Source of the DNA: Paenibacillus plantiphilus
GTDB lineage: Bacteria > Bacillota > Bacilli > Paenibacillales > Paenibacillaceae
Direction: 5' to 3'
NCBI RefSeq assembly: GCF_927798095.1
Contig: NZ_CAKMMF010000026.1
Span: forward strand, 63,097 to 87,096
DNA: 24,000 bases
Part shown: one piece after another, positions 1 through 8,519 of the stretch
Layout of the letters: the number at the start of each line of letters is the position of its first letter
Numbering within the stretch: the first letter of the stretch is position 1
Notes under the pieces: model-generated
The model's database searches: none
Told to the model about the DNA's origin: nothing
What the model saw: the letters and a program-made list of their open reading frames with translations, nothing else
Translations under genes and position numbers: made by a program

Positions 1-728
1 AAGTAAGTGCCCAAGCACACCAGTATGAGAATCGCCATAGAGGCGATCAGCAGATCCAATTCCCACCGTTTAAAGTTAATCGCAAGCATGTACCCCGCTG
101 TAATGAGAAGGACGCCGAGGAAACCCCGTTTCACATCCAATTTGGGAACCGGCTGCTTCTCTACAGCCGCATGAAGCATATCCAATAACCGGCTTCGCTT
201 CACGATCCTGTAATTTCTCAAGCCCAGCACGACAAACAATACAACGAAGACAATCACAAGCTGCAGAACAGCCTCTGAAGACACCGTAAACGGCAGCTCT
301 GCATCGAGGAACATCGCCTTGCCCAGAAGCATAAAGAACAACTTGGAGAACAACAAGCCTACAGGCAAACCGATTAATAAGGATAGTCCGCCCAGCAGAA
401 TGCTTTCAATCGCCATGACCCTTCCGATCCGCGAAGAGCTGATTCCCATCAACATGTACAGTCCCGTTTCCTTCTGTCTCTGCTTGAAAAAGAAGCCATT
501 GGCATGCCACATGAAGAATACGACTGTGCAGAGCAAGACGAAGCCGCATGTCATGCTGGCAACTACAGCAGATTGCAGCTGCTCCGTCAGCTCCACGAAA
601 GCCTCATTGTACTGGATAGCGACAAAGTTATAGTAGGTGGCAACCACCACGACAAGCACGATGAGATAGAAGCCGTAGATGTTCAGATTATTCTTCAGCA
701 GCTTATAGGCCAGCCTATAGGCGTTCAT
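1..728 (-). CDS. ABC transporter permease, FtsX/BceB-like; N-terminal ~242 aa only, the 3' end runs off the window
   Basis: My own minus-strand translation from the ATG at 728 reads MNAYRLAYKLLKNNLNIYGFYLIVLVVVVATYYNF...FFFKQRQKETGLYMLMGISSSRIGRVMAIESILLGGLSLLIGLPVGLLFSKLFF... and stays open to position 1. It has several hydrophobic TM segments. Its start overlaps the stop of the upstream ATPase gene by 14 nt, the usual ATPase-permease coupling. It is absent from the ORF track, presumably because it is truncated. Confidence 0.8.
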   Translation of the reverse strand, partial: MNAYRLAYKLLKNNLNIYGFYLIVLVVVVATYYNFVAIQYNEAFVELTEQLQSAVVASMTCGFVLLCTVVFFMWHANGFFFKQRQKETGLYMLMGISSSRIGRVMAIESILLGGLSLLIGLPVGLLFSKLFFMLLGKAMFLDAELPFTVSSEAVLQLVIVFVVLFVVLGLRNYRIVKRSRLLDMLHAAVEKQPVPKLDVKRGFLGVLLITAGYMLAINFKRWELDLLIASMAILILVCLGTY

Positions 729-1476
729 AATTCGACCCTCCCATTACAGCGAGCATATTCAGAATCCTCTTGAACAGCTCCATCTTGTTGCCGTCGCTAT
801 CCAATCTCCCATGAATGCTGCCGTCCTTCAAGAACAGGATACGATCACAATAGCTTGCTGCCGTAGCATCGTGAGTTACCATAATAATGGTCGTTCCCAG
901 CTTATGGTTGATGCTCTTCAAACACTCCAGCACCTCAGAGGATGACTTGGAGTCCAGCGCACCTGTCGGCTCGTCGGCAAAAATCACTTTGGGTGATGCA
1001 ATAAGCGCTCTACAGATCGCCGCCCTCTGCTTCTGTCCGCCAGATAATTCATACGGATATTTATCCAGCTGCTCTATAATCCCCAATATTCCCGCAAGCT
1101 CCTCTATCTTGCTCAGAATAACCGCCGCCTTCACATTATTCAGAGACAACGGCAAGGCTATATTGTCCCTCACGGTCATATTGTCCAGCAGATTAAAGGC
1201 CTGGAAGACGAACCCGATCGTATCACGCCGAAATCTGGCAGCCTCCTTTTCCTTAATCCGCGCAATATCATGGCCATCCACAAGCAGCTTTCCTGACGTA
1301 GCCGCATCAATTGTGGACATCATGTGCAGCAAGGTTGTCTTGCCGGAACCAGAGGGACCCATAATACCAACGAACTCGCCCTCCATAATATCCAGGCTCA
1401 CATCCTTCAACGCTCTGAATGCGCCTGTGCCGCCATATTCCTTGCTAACATTGGAAACTTCAATGATCTTCCTCAT
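715..1476 (-). CDS. ABC transporter ATP-binding protein (BceA/MacB-type, pairs with the FtsX-like permease)
   Basis: Walker A GPSGSGKTT, Q-loop, signature LSGGQKQR, Walker B VIFADEPTGALD and H-loop VTHD are all present. The ORF track starts at 1521, but the ATG at 1476 (MRKIIEVSNVSKEY) follows a GGGGA SD-like sequence and matches the usual N-terminus of this family. Confidence 0.9.
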   Translation of the reverse strand: MRKIIEVSNVSKEYGGTGAFRALKDVSLDIMEGEFVGIMGPSGSGKTTLLHMMSTIDAATSGKLLVDGHDIARIKEKEAARFRRDTIGFVFQAFNLLDNMTVRDNIALPLSLNNVKAAVILSKIEELAGILGIIEQLDKYPYELSGGQKQRAAICRALIASPKVIFADEPTGALDSKSSSEVLECLKSINHKLGTTIIMVTHDATAASYCDRILFLKDGSIHGRLDSDGNKMELFKRILNMLAVMGGSNYERL

Positions 1477-1671
1477 CGCAACATCCCCGATATATGAATT
1501 TGAATTGCTTCGTGTCTCCATTATAGATGGTTATCCCAATGCCCATCTATCGCTGCAGGTTACATTTCCTATACCGAATGTGACATTATTGTCATCAAGC
1601 GCATGGCACCCCATAACACAAAGAAGACCCTATCGCGAATCGCGAAGGGGCCTTCCGCTCAAGCTGCCTGC

Positions 1672-1740
1672 GGTCGACCGACCGCCGTCATGCAGCGCAA
1701 CACCGCATGCTGGTTCTAGCTGCAGATGAAGCCGTCTCTG
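1672..1740. repeat. REP-like intergenic repeat, copy 1 (shortened variant)
   Basis: ggtcgaccGACCGCCGTCATGCAGCGcAACACCGC... shares a 22-nt identical core plus AACACCGC with copy 2 (5383..) and the CGACCGCCGTCATGCA core with copy 3 (15703..). It lies about 45 nt downstream of the stop of the minus-strand kinase-GH32 gene. Confidence 0.75.
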
Positions 1741-1755
1741 TATGGCTTGTTTTCC

Positions 1756-4188
1756 TTACCAAATGCTGCCCAGCTTCCATGCCTGCAGCTTCGTCACCCT
1801 TATCTCGCCCTGCTCGCTGAACAGCTGCACGCCATTGCTTTGAGCATGGGGATACACCCGGCTGGACAAAGCAACTTCACCGTCATTCGCGAACACTTCG
1901 ATCGAGCTCTTATCGATGAAAATATGCAGCTTCAGCGTTCCTCCTGCTGCAAGCGGCAAAGGCGCTTTGCTGATGATCTTGTCGCCCTTGCCAGCCTTCT
2001 CCAAATCCGCAATGAGCATCTGTTCCGTGAAGCTGTAATAAATGCTGGAATATTCGGAGCCATTGGCGGATTTTCTCAAGTAGAAGCCAAAGCTGCCTCC
2101 GTTCATCGCCTTTGTGTCAAACTCGCAGATGATTTCAAGCGCATCTCCGTTTAGATCGGGAAGATCCATCACACTATTCCCTGATACCGTCAGATCGCTA
2201 TACATGGACTGCTCTCCGCGCAGAAGCTCCAGTTCCTGAACCGGATTGACAAGCACATTGCCCGAAGCAGATAGTGTCAGCTCCCTTGGGATCGTCATCG
2301 CTCCTGCCCAGCCGTCCTTCTGCGTCGGCATTTCCGCTCCCCACATATCCATCCAGCCGACCACAATTCGGCGTCCCTCTTTATCGAGGAAGGTTTGCCC
2401 GGCATAGAAATCCCGTCCGTAATCGGCCTCTGCATAGTGATCCATTGTGAAGCGGCCTGTCCCGTAATCGAAATCACCGACCATAAATATATTTTTGCCA
2501 TTCTTCATATTCATCGGCGAGATCATAAGGACATATTTGTCGCCTAATGGGAAAAGGTCCGGGCACTCCCACATATCGCCCATTCCGTTCGCGCTTTCCG
2601 CCGCAACGCTGAAGAACTCCCAATCCTCTCCATCATGCGATTTGTACAGCACAACTCTTCCCGCATTATTCTTGGAAGTGCCGATCGCCATATAGAACAG
2701 GCCCTCATGCTTCCATACCTTCGGATCTCGGAAATCCTCGGAGGATTGCTTTCTATCATTCTTGACGACAGGGTTGCTCTTCGGCTTGACGAAATGAATG
2801 CCGTCCTCGCTGACTGCCATGCTTTGAACTTCCTTCGGGTTCCTTCCATGATCATGAGAGGTATAATACAGCAGCAGCTTGCCGTCATGCTCGACAGCAC
2901 TGCCTGAGAAGCATCCCTTCTCATAGCTCTGATCCGGACTTAGCGCGACGGGCATATGCTCCCAATTCACCAGGTTGCTGCTCTTCGCATGACCCCAGTG
3001 CATCGGCCCCCATTCTGCGCCATACGGGTAGTATTGATAGAAGACATGATAGTCGTCCTTATAATGAATAAGACCGTTGGGATCATTAATCCAGCCCACG
3101 GGAGCCATGATATGATAATTGAGCCTCCATCTGATATCGGGATCAATCGGATGGCCGCTTATATAGGCATTCGCCTTTTCAAGCGTGTACTGATTGCTTA
3201 TTTTCTCATTCTGTTCGATTTCCACTTGCAGAATCTCTTCCACCTGAGCGAGCGTCGGCAGCGCATTGATCGCACCTTTGCGGGATACGGCAACGGAGCC
3301 GCAGGCATTGGCCAGACTGATCATATGCAGCAGCTTGACCTGATCGACAAGCACCTGCGGGAATGCTTTCACACCTGTCTTCCAGAGCTGGTAGAGCACG
3401 CCCGCGAAGAAGGCATCGCCAGCTCCCGTCGTATCCACAACCAGCGAAACATAGCCGGGATGATTCACCTGATGGCGATGGGTATAGGCGGTGCAGCCCT
3501 TGTCGCCCTTGGTCACCAGAACAAGCTGTACATTGCCCTGCATCAGCTTCCTCACTGCCTCAGCTTCATCCGTCAGTCCAGTTAGAAACACAACCTCTTC
3601 CTCACTGATCTTCACTACATCGGCAAAAGGCAGAAACTCCAGCACCCGCTCTCTGGCAAGCTGCTCCTGCGGCCACAGGCTGAGACGGATGTTGGGATCA
3701 AAGCAGCACAGCCCCTCCTTCTTCCGTACGAGCTCAATGGTCTTTTTCGTTGCCGCTCTGGCGGAGTCGCTAATGAGAGAGATCGAGCCATAGCTCATAA
3801 GATCGCCTTCATGGAACCAATTCTCCTGTATGTCCTCCGCTGACAGCAGCTGATCCGCAGACGGATTGCCGTAGAACTCAAAGTCGCGATCCCCGTCCGC
3901 CGTTAAGGAAACAAAGGCCAGCGCAGTCTTCGCCTCACTCGTCGTCCCTATATATTCCGTATGAACGCCAACATCCCGAAGCGTCTTCAGCAAGTACTCG
4001 CCAAAGGAATCCTCCCCCAGCTTGCTGATCATATAGGCTTGCCCGCCTAGCTTAGCAATACCGCAAGCTACATTCGCCGGGGCGCCGCCGGCAGCCCGCT
4101 TGAATTCCCCAACCTCCGACAATGCCTTGCCCGCCTCTACAGCGACAAAATCAATTAAAACTTCCCCAATGCTAACAACTTTAGTCAT
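1756..4188 (-). CDS. Bifunctional fusion: N-terminal PfkB-family fructokinase plus C-terminal GH32 beta-fructofuranosidase (sucrose-6-phosphate hydrolase/invertase-like)
   Basis: It is a single uninterrupted ORF. The N-terminal part (~nt 3192-4188) carries PfkB motifs: GGAPANVA and DTTGAGDAF near the end of the kinase domain. The C-terminal part (~nt 1756-3191) carries GH32 motifs: WINDPNG (nucleophile), FRDPKV (RDP) and WECPD (EC). The ATG at 4188 (MTKVVSIGEV) is preceded by AAGGTGAAG. The ORF-track start at 4209 has no SD. There is no signal peptide, so the protein is cytoplasmic. Confidence 0.9.
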   Translation of the reverse strand: MTKVVSIGEVLIDFVAVEAGKALSEVGEFKRAAGGAPANVACGIAKLGGQAYMISKLGEDSFGEYLLKTLRDVGVHTEYIGTTSEAKTALAFVSLTADGDRDFEFYGNPSADQLLSAEDIQENWFHEGDLMSYGSISLISDSARAATKKTIELVRKKEGLCCFDPNIRLSLWPQEQLARERVLEFLPFADVVKISEEEVVFLTGLTDEAEAVRKLMQGNVQLVLVTKGDKGCTAYTHRHQVNHPGYVSLVVDTTGAGDAFFAGVLYQLWKTGVKAFPQVLVDQVKLLHMISLANACGSVAVSRKGAINALPTLAQVEEILQVEIEQNEKISNQYTLEKANAYISGHPIDPDIRWRLNYHIMAPVGWINDPNGLIHYKDDYHVFYQYYPYGAEWGPMHWGHAKSSNLVNWEHMPVALSPDQSYEKGCFSGSAVEHDGKLLLYYTSHDHGRNPKEVQSMAVSEDGIHFVKPKSNPVVKNDRKQSSEDFRDPKVWKHEGLFYMAIGTSKNNAGRVVLYKSHDGEDWEFFSVAAESANGMGDMWECPDLFPLGDKYVLMISPMNMKNGKNIFMVGDFDYGTGRFTMDHYAEADYGRDFYAGQTFLDKEGRRIVVGWMDMWGAEMPTQKDGWAGAMTIPRELTLSASGNVLVNPVQELELLRGEQSMYSDLTVSGNSVMDLPDLNGDALEIICEFDTKAMNGGSFGFYLRKSANGSEYSSIYYSFTEQMLIADLEKAGKGDKIISKAPLPLAAGGTLKLHIFIDKSSIEVFANDGEVALSSRVYPHAQSNGVQLFSEQGEIRVTKLQAWKLGSIW

Positions 4189-4240
4189 CGTTTCTTCACC
4201 TTTATCCATCCGAATTGTATTGATTATCCTTGCACAAAAT

Positions 4241-5239
4241 CTATGGTGTCAGTTCGGTTCTAAACGGATAGAGCCGGTCCTTCTTCTCTGGATCGGCCAT
4301 CAATTCAAGCATGATCTCGGCCGCTCTCCTGCCCAGCTCGTCATCAGAAACCTTGATGCTCCGAATCGGCTTCAACGCCTCATCCCAGCCGCTTTGGTTA
4401 TAAATGATGCATGGAATATCAGGCTTCTTCTCGATGAAGTATCGGGCAACTCCAATGCTCAGCGTCTCATCGGTGCAAACAACGGCGTCCGCATGGCACT
4501 GCTCGATCAGGCGCTCTGCCATCGCGTATCCATTGCCGACTGCTGCGGCCGCAGCAGCAACAAGCGAATCATCCAGCCCCCTGCTGCTGTCTCTAATGGC
4601 TTTCTTATAGGCTTGATTGCATTCGATGTTCTTGACACAAGGTTCATCATTCTCAAGGAAGGCGATCGCCTGGCGTCCGCCCTTCACCAGCAAATCAGAA
4701 ACGGCCTCGTACAGCATCGAGAAATGATTGATGTAGATAAAGCAGCCCTGCTCATCCTCCATCGGTCTATAGTCGAGAAACAGAACCGGATAGGCCGGAT
4801 CGCTATTAGCAATGAATCGGCATAGCCGAGTGGTAGGCGAGACAATAATAAGGCCATCTACTGCATGCGTCAGCATGCTCCCTATTTGATCCCCATCTTC
4901 ATAGTCCAAGCTGGAGAACAAAATGCCGTAGCCCTTCTCACCCATTGCATGAGAAATCGCGTTAATCATTCCCATGTGCAAGCGCTTGGACGTACCTTCC
5001 CCTATCACAGGCGTAATAATACGGATCATTCTGGACTTCTTGTTCCTCAGATTCTGTGCTGCAGAATTGGGGACATAGTTAAGGCCCTCAATCGTCTTCA
5101 GCACCTTCTCTTTCGTCTCCGGGCTGACATACCGTGTACCGTTAATGACATGCGATACCGTCGCTATAGAGACGCCCGCTCTCCTAGCCACTTCTTTCAT
5201 ACTTCTATCCATCGGTCTTCTATCCATCGGCGTCACCAT
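4241..5239 (-). CDS. LacI/GalR-family transcriptional repressor
   Basis: N-terminal HTH MKEVARRAGVSIATVSHVINGTRYVSPETKEKVLKTIEGLNYVPNSAAQNLR is followed by a periplasmic-binding-protein-like sugar-binding core. The start is ambiguous between 5239, 5227 and 5200; the HTH begins at the ATG at 5200. Only ~30 nt separate it from the downstream kinase-GH32 gene, so the two are probably one operon. Confidence 0.9.
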   Translation of the reverse strand: MVTPMDRRPMDRSMKEVARRAGVSIATVSHVINGTRYVSPETKEKVLKTIEGLNYVPNSAAQNLRNKKSRMIRIITPVIGEGTSKRLHMGMINAISHAMGEKGYGILFSSLDYEDGDQIGSMLTHAVDGLIIVSPTTRLCRFIANSDPAYPVLFLDYRPMEDEQGCFIYINHFSMLYEAVSDLLVKGGRQAIAFLENDEPCVKNIECNQAYKKAIRDSSRGLDDSLVAAAAAAVGNGYAMAERLIEQCHADAVVCTDETLSIGVARYFIEKKPDIPCIIYNQSGWDEALKPIRSIKVSDDELGRRAAEIMLELMADPEKKDRLYPFRTELTP

Positions 5240-5259
5240 TTGAATGAGTTAAACGATTA

Positions 5260-5273
5260 CGTAAACGTTTACG
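5260..5273. promoter_or_regulatory. Perfect 14-bp palindrome CGTAAACGTTTACG, candidate LacI-family operator
   Basis: The sequence equals its own reverse complement. It fits the LacI/CcpA-type operator shape (..AANCGNTT..) and sits immediately downstream of the predicted -10 of the lacI-like/kinase-GH32 operon. A related half-site, GTTAAACGATTAC, abuts it at 5248-5260. Confidence 0.65.
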
Positions 5274-5278
5274 CGAAT

Positions 5279-5307
5279 AATATAGCATAACTTGCAACCC
5301 CTTACAA
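5279..5307 (-). promoter_or_regulatory. Putative sigma-A promoter of the LacI/kinase-GH32 operon
   Basis: The minus strand reads TTGTAA (5307-5302), a 17-nt spacer, then TATATT (5284-5279). The operator palindrome overlaps the expected transcription start. Confidence 0.55.
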
Positions 5308-5382
5308 GAGCCAATACCGCACCGGCCTGGCCTATCCCTCCCCTGAGCCAGTGGGAGAGGATCTGAGGGCTGGCCTGAGTCT

Positions 5383-5458
5383 GGTGGACCGACCGCCGTC
5401 ATGCAGCGAAACACCGCGCTGGGAGCTGCGCACGGTGCGAAGAGGCTGCGTTGGCAGC
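5383..5458. repeat. REP-like intergenic repeat, copy 2
   Basis: ggtggaccGACCGCCGTCATGCAGCGaAACACCGCGCTGGGAGCTGCGCaCGGTGcga... contains hairpin CACCGCGC (5412-5419) / GCGC(A)CGGTG (5428-5437) and a second hairpin GCTGC-gttg-GCAGC (5445-5458). It lies downstream of the minus-strand YceI-like gene. Confidence 0.75.
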
Positions 5459-5612
5459 TCGTCTGCAGCAGCAATCGAGCATGTATTCGCATGTACACAG
5501 CAAAGAGTCCGTCTCATAAGCAGGATTGCCACTCATGGAACAGACTCTTCACAGCTGCAGAAATACAGCAGAACTTGCTATCGGCGGATCATATCCCCGT
5601 CCCCGTCACAAC

Positions 5613-6281
5613 TTAACTTCCCAGAATCAATTGCAAGTTGACGATGATTTCGTCTTCAATAGTCGCTACAGCCGAGCTCGGATTCTCGATGCCGAAATCC
5701 GCGAATGTCACGGCAGTCTTGCCTTTCAGCTTCCACTGATTGCTCTCGAACAGCGCTTCACAATCAAACACAACTTCCTTGTCAATACCTTTCACTTTCA
5801 GCGTACCGGCCATCTGGATATTCACAGGCTTGCCCTCTATCACTTCCTTGGGCCACTGCTTGATCTCGCTCAATTTAAATTCCGCTGTAGGATACTTGGC
5901 GGAGTCCAGCAGCGAACCCTCGACATGCTTGTCCCGCTCCGCAATCCCTGAATCCAGACCTTTGATATCAACAACTGCCGTTGCCGCCATCTGCCCGGGA
6001 TCCTCTGTATGGATCAGCCAGCTTCCACTTACCCGCTGGAAAGCCATGTTAACCTGTTCATTGGACGTGGTGACGCTTAGGTATACTTTGGATTCACCGG
6101 CGATGTCCCAGCTTTTATTCAACAGCTCATTCGGAATTTGATCGCCAGCCTGAAGCTTTTCATTGTCGAATACATCCTTAATGTCAATCTGGTTGCCGCT
6201 ATAGTAAGCAATTAGTAGATATCCACCTGCCAACAGCATTGCCAACAGCACGGACAATACAACCCACTTTTTCAACCTCAT
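5613..6281 (-). CDS. YceI-like domain protein with N-terminal membrane anchor/signal sequence
   Basis: N-terminal MRLKKWVVLSVLLAMLLAGGYLLIAYY is followed by a YceI-like region (KVYLSVTTSNE..., VDIKGLDSGIAERDKHVEGSLLDSAKYPTAEFKLSEI, GTLKVKGIDKEVVFDCEA). GGAGG abuts the ATG at 6281, so the TTG at 6275 is an alternative start. Confidence 0.75.
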   Translation of the reverse strand: MRLKKWVVLSVLLAMLLAGGYLLIAYYSGNQIDIKDVFDNEKLQAGDQIPNELLNKSWDIAGESKVYLSVTTSNEQVNMAFQRVSGSWLIHTEDPGQMAATAVVDIKGLDSGIAERDKHVEGSLLDSAKYPTAEFKLSEIKQWPKEVIEGKPVNIQMAGTLKVKGIDKEVVFDCEALFESNQWKLKGKTAVTFADFGIENPSSAVATIEDEIIVNLQLILGS

Positions 6282-6463
6282 CCTCCCCTTCGCATTTCAT
6301 TTGCCTCACCAGCCTGAAGCTGTCCTCTCCTCCCAATTGTACGGACTGTCGCGCAAGCCAGCATTACAGCAGCATTAAAGTAAAATTAGAATTTGATTAG
6401 AACGGAAGACCCTTCTTCAATCCCCCAATATATTGTTATATGATGGTTGAAGGGGGAGATACT

Positions 6464-7144
6464 GTGAAAAATATCTTAATTATAGAAGACGAAAAACCGC
6501 TGGCAAGATTCCTTGAGCTGGAATTGACCCACGAGGGGTATTTGGTAGAAACCTGTCATAATGGTCTGGACGGTCTGCATAAAGCTCTGCAGGCTCACTT
6601 CGATTTCATCCTTCTGGACCTCCTGCTGCCGCAATTAAGCGGTCTGGAGGTTTGCCGGAAGATTCGCGCAGCCAAAACAACCCCCATCATCATGATCACT
6701 GCAAGAGACGCTGTTATGGATCGGGTAGTTGGACTGGATCTCGGAGCCGATGATTACTTGACCAAACCATTCGCCATTGAAGAATTGCTGGCCCGCATAC
6801 GTTCGCTGGAGAGAAGAATGGTCCCGCTTATGCAGCCAGCGGCAGTAAATTACGTAATCGGAGATCTGACGCTGAATCCTGATACCCACCGCGTTCATCG
6901 GGCCAATCTGCCCATCGCGCTATCGTTAAGAGAATACGAGCTGCTCAAATATATGATGGAGCATCAAGACTCAGCCATTCCACGCAATCAGCTGTTGAAC
7001 GAGGTATGGGGCTATGAGTTCGACGGTGGAACGAACGTTGTGGACGTGTACATCCGATATTTGCGGGCCAAGCTCGATGATGCTCATCCCGTCAAGCTTA
7101 TCCATACTATCCGAGGATTCGGCTATGCGCTAAGACATCCGTAA
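6464..7144 (+). CDS. OmpR/PhoB-family response regulator
   Basis: Receiver domain (ILIIEDE, FDFILLDLLLP, MITARD, KPF) plus a winged-helix DNA-binding C-terminus (LSLREYELLKYMMEH..., VVDVYIRYLRAKLD, IHTIRGFGYALR). The GTG at 6464 is preceded by AGGGGGAG at good spacing. The ORF-track ATG at 6440 lacks an SD. Confidence 0.9.
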   Translation: MKNILIIEDEKPLARFLELELTHEGYLVETCHNGLDGLHKALQAHFDFILLDLLLPQLSGLEVCRKIRAAKTTPIIMITARDAVMDRVVGLDLGADDYLTKPFAIEELLARIRSLERRMVPLMQPAAVNYVIGDLTLNPDTHRVHRANLPIALSLREYELLKYMMEHQDSAIPRNQLLNEVWGYEFDGGTNVVDVYIRYLRAKLDDAHPVKLIHTIRGFGYALRHP

Positions 7145-7160
7145 TTGAGGGGGAAGCCAC

Positions 7161-8498
7161 ATGTCCATGAAGTGGAAGGTAAGCGTACTTATTACTGTTA
7201 CAACAGCAGCCATCCTGCTTATTATTAATACATTCGTCTACTACCAGGTCAAACAAGTGACTGAGGATCGTGTAATGGCATATTTATTGGAAAAGGGCAA
7301 ACGATTGGCTGAACGGATTCAGCCCTCCACGCTGCCCAATATCGATAAGCAGATTGCAAGCTGGATACAGGAGTTCGAGGTTACCCAGGGCATTCAAGTC
7401 GTGCAGCAGGATGGATCGATTCTGTTCGAGTCCCAAACGACACCGGATAGCCGGCTGATTGGCGAAACCAATGCGGGCGTATGCGCCGAGACAGGCGTCC
7501 CTCTATTAGAAAATATAACGATCAGGATCTACGACCGCGCGGAGAAGGAAGAAATTTTCCTCAGCAATTTACAGTGGGTCCTTATTATCGGAAGTCTCAT
7601 CGGCATCGGTCTGGCAGCTATCGTCTCTTATGTCATTGCCGGACTTGCTATCTCCCCACTGCGAAGAATCATCCAGCAAATGCAGGGGATCGGCATTAAC
7701 GAGCTGAATCAGCGGCTGACAGAGCCCCGTAGCAAGGATGAGCTTCACCAGCTGACACAATCCTTCAACCGCCTCATTCAGCGGCTGCAGGGCGGTGTCG
7801 ATCAACTGAAGCAGTTCGTTTCCGACGCCTCCCATGAGCTCCGCACGCCTGTCGCAACCATTGAGGGCCATGCCAACCTGATCAAGCGCTGGGGCAAGGA
7901 TTCCAAGGAAGTATTGAATGAGTCCATCGACTATATTACGAGCGAAGCGCAGCGGATGACTCATTTGACGAACCAACTGCTCCAATTGGCTTATCTCGAA
8001 CAGAATCAGCCCTTGCACAGCTTCGAGCCATCAGAGGTGATCAGCGTCATTCATGATATACAGCATCAGCTAAGTCCCCTGCATGACCGAATAGAGCTGA
8101 CATCGGACACGTATTCACATGCGATACTTGCCGGCATACCGGCCGATATTCTTCAGCAGATTCTGCTCAATGTAGTAGGCAACGCAATCAAATATTCTCC
8201 GAGCGGCGAATGTATCCATATCGCGGTAGACCAGACCAGTCAGGATGTATATATTCATGTGACAGATGCAGGCATAGGGATTCCTGCCGAAGAGCTGCCT
8301 TATATCTTCGACAGATTCTATCGTGTGGACAAATCCCGAAGCCGAGAGTACGGCGGAACGGGTCTTGGATTGGCAATAACCAAGCGTCTCGCCGAATCCT
8401 ATAGCGGCGAGATCACTGTACAAAGCATAATCGATAAAGGCTCTACTTTCACCATCAGACTCCCTCTTGAAACAGAGCACGAGCTTATTTCCGCCTGA
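7161..8498 (+). CDS. Sensor histidine kinase (2 TM, HAMP, HisKA, HATPase_c)
   Basis: Two hydrophobic segments flank a ~110-aa extracytoplasmic loop. It has H-box SHELRTP, N-box LLNVVGNAIKYS, G1 DAGIGI and G2 GGTGLGLAI. It starts 17 nt after the response-regulator stop and has a GAGGGGGAAG SD. Confidence 0.9.
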   Translation: MSMKWKVSVLITVTTAAILLIINTFVYYQVKQVTEDRVMAYLLEKGKRLAERIQPSTLPNIDKQIASWIQEFEVTQGIQVVQQDGSILFESQTTPDSRLIGETNAGVCAETGVPLLENITIRIYDRAEKEEIFLSNLQWVLIIGSLIGIGLAAIVSYVIAGLAISPLRRIIQQMQGIGINELNQRLTEPRSKDELHQLTQSFNRLIQRLQGGVDQLKQFVSDASHELRTPVATIEGHANLIKRWGKDSKEVLNESIDYITSEAQRMTHLTNQLLQLAYLEQNQPLHSFEPSEVISVIHDIQHQLSPLHDRIELTSDTYSHAILAGIPADILQQILLNVVGNAIKYSPSGECIHIAVDQTSQDVYIHVTDAGIGIPAEELPYIFDRFYRVDKSRSREYGGTGLGLAITKRLAESYSGEITVQSIIDKGSTFTIRLPLETEHELISA

Positions 8499-8519
8499 TT
8501 GCCGATCCGTCCGGCCCCG

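Noticed and set aside
887-1729. 280-aa plus-strand ORF, and similar long antisense ORFs at 1726..2154, 2956..3585, 4100..4825, 5740..6141, 7569..8018, 9117..9596, 11755..12246 and 18138..18548
   Set aside because: Each is antisense to a gene with unmistakable family motifs. They lack SD sequences and recognisable domains and are Ser/Pro/Arg-rich shadow frames.
5220-5641. Several 66-96-aa ORFs on both strands in the lacI / yceI-like intergenic region, and likewise 15690..16146
   Set aside because: They are generated by the GC-rich REP-like repeat and overlap each other in multiple frames. They have no SD and Arg/Cys/Ser-rich products.
5613-8498. The two-component system as the BceRS-type partner of the BceAB-like ABC transporter at 1..1476
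   Set aside because: The kinase has a ~110-aa extracytoplasmic loop plus a HAMP domain, whereas BceS-type intramembrane-sensing kinases lack such a loop. It is also separated from the ABC genes by two unrelated operons. No functional link is supported.
8499-8519. A bidirectional terminator between the convergent histidine-kinase and rsr genes
   Set aside because: Only 21 nt separate the two stop codons, and I could find no stable hairpin or U-tract there. Termination signals, if any, must lie inside the opposing coding regions.
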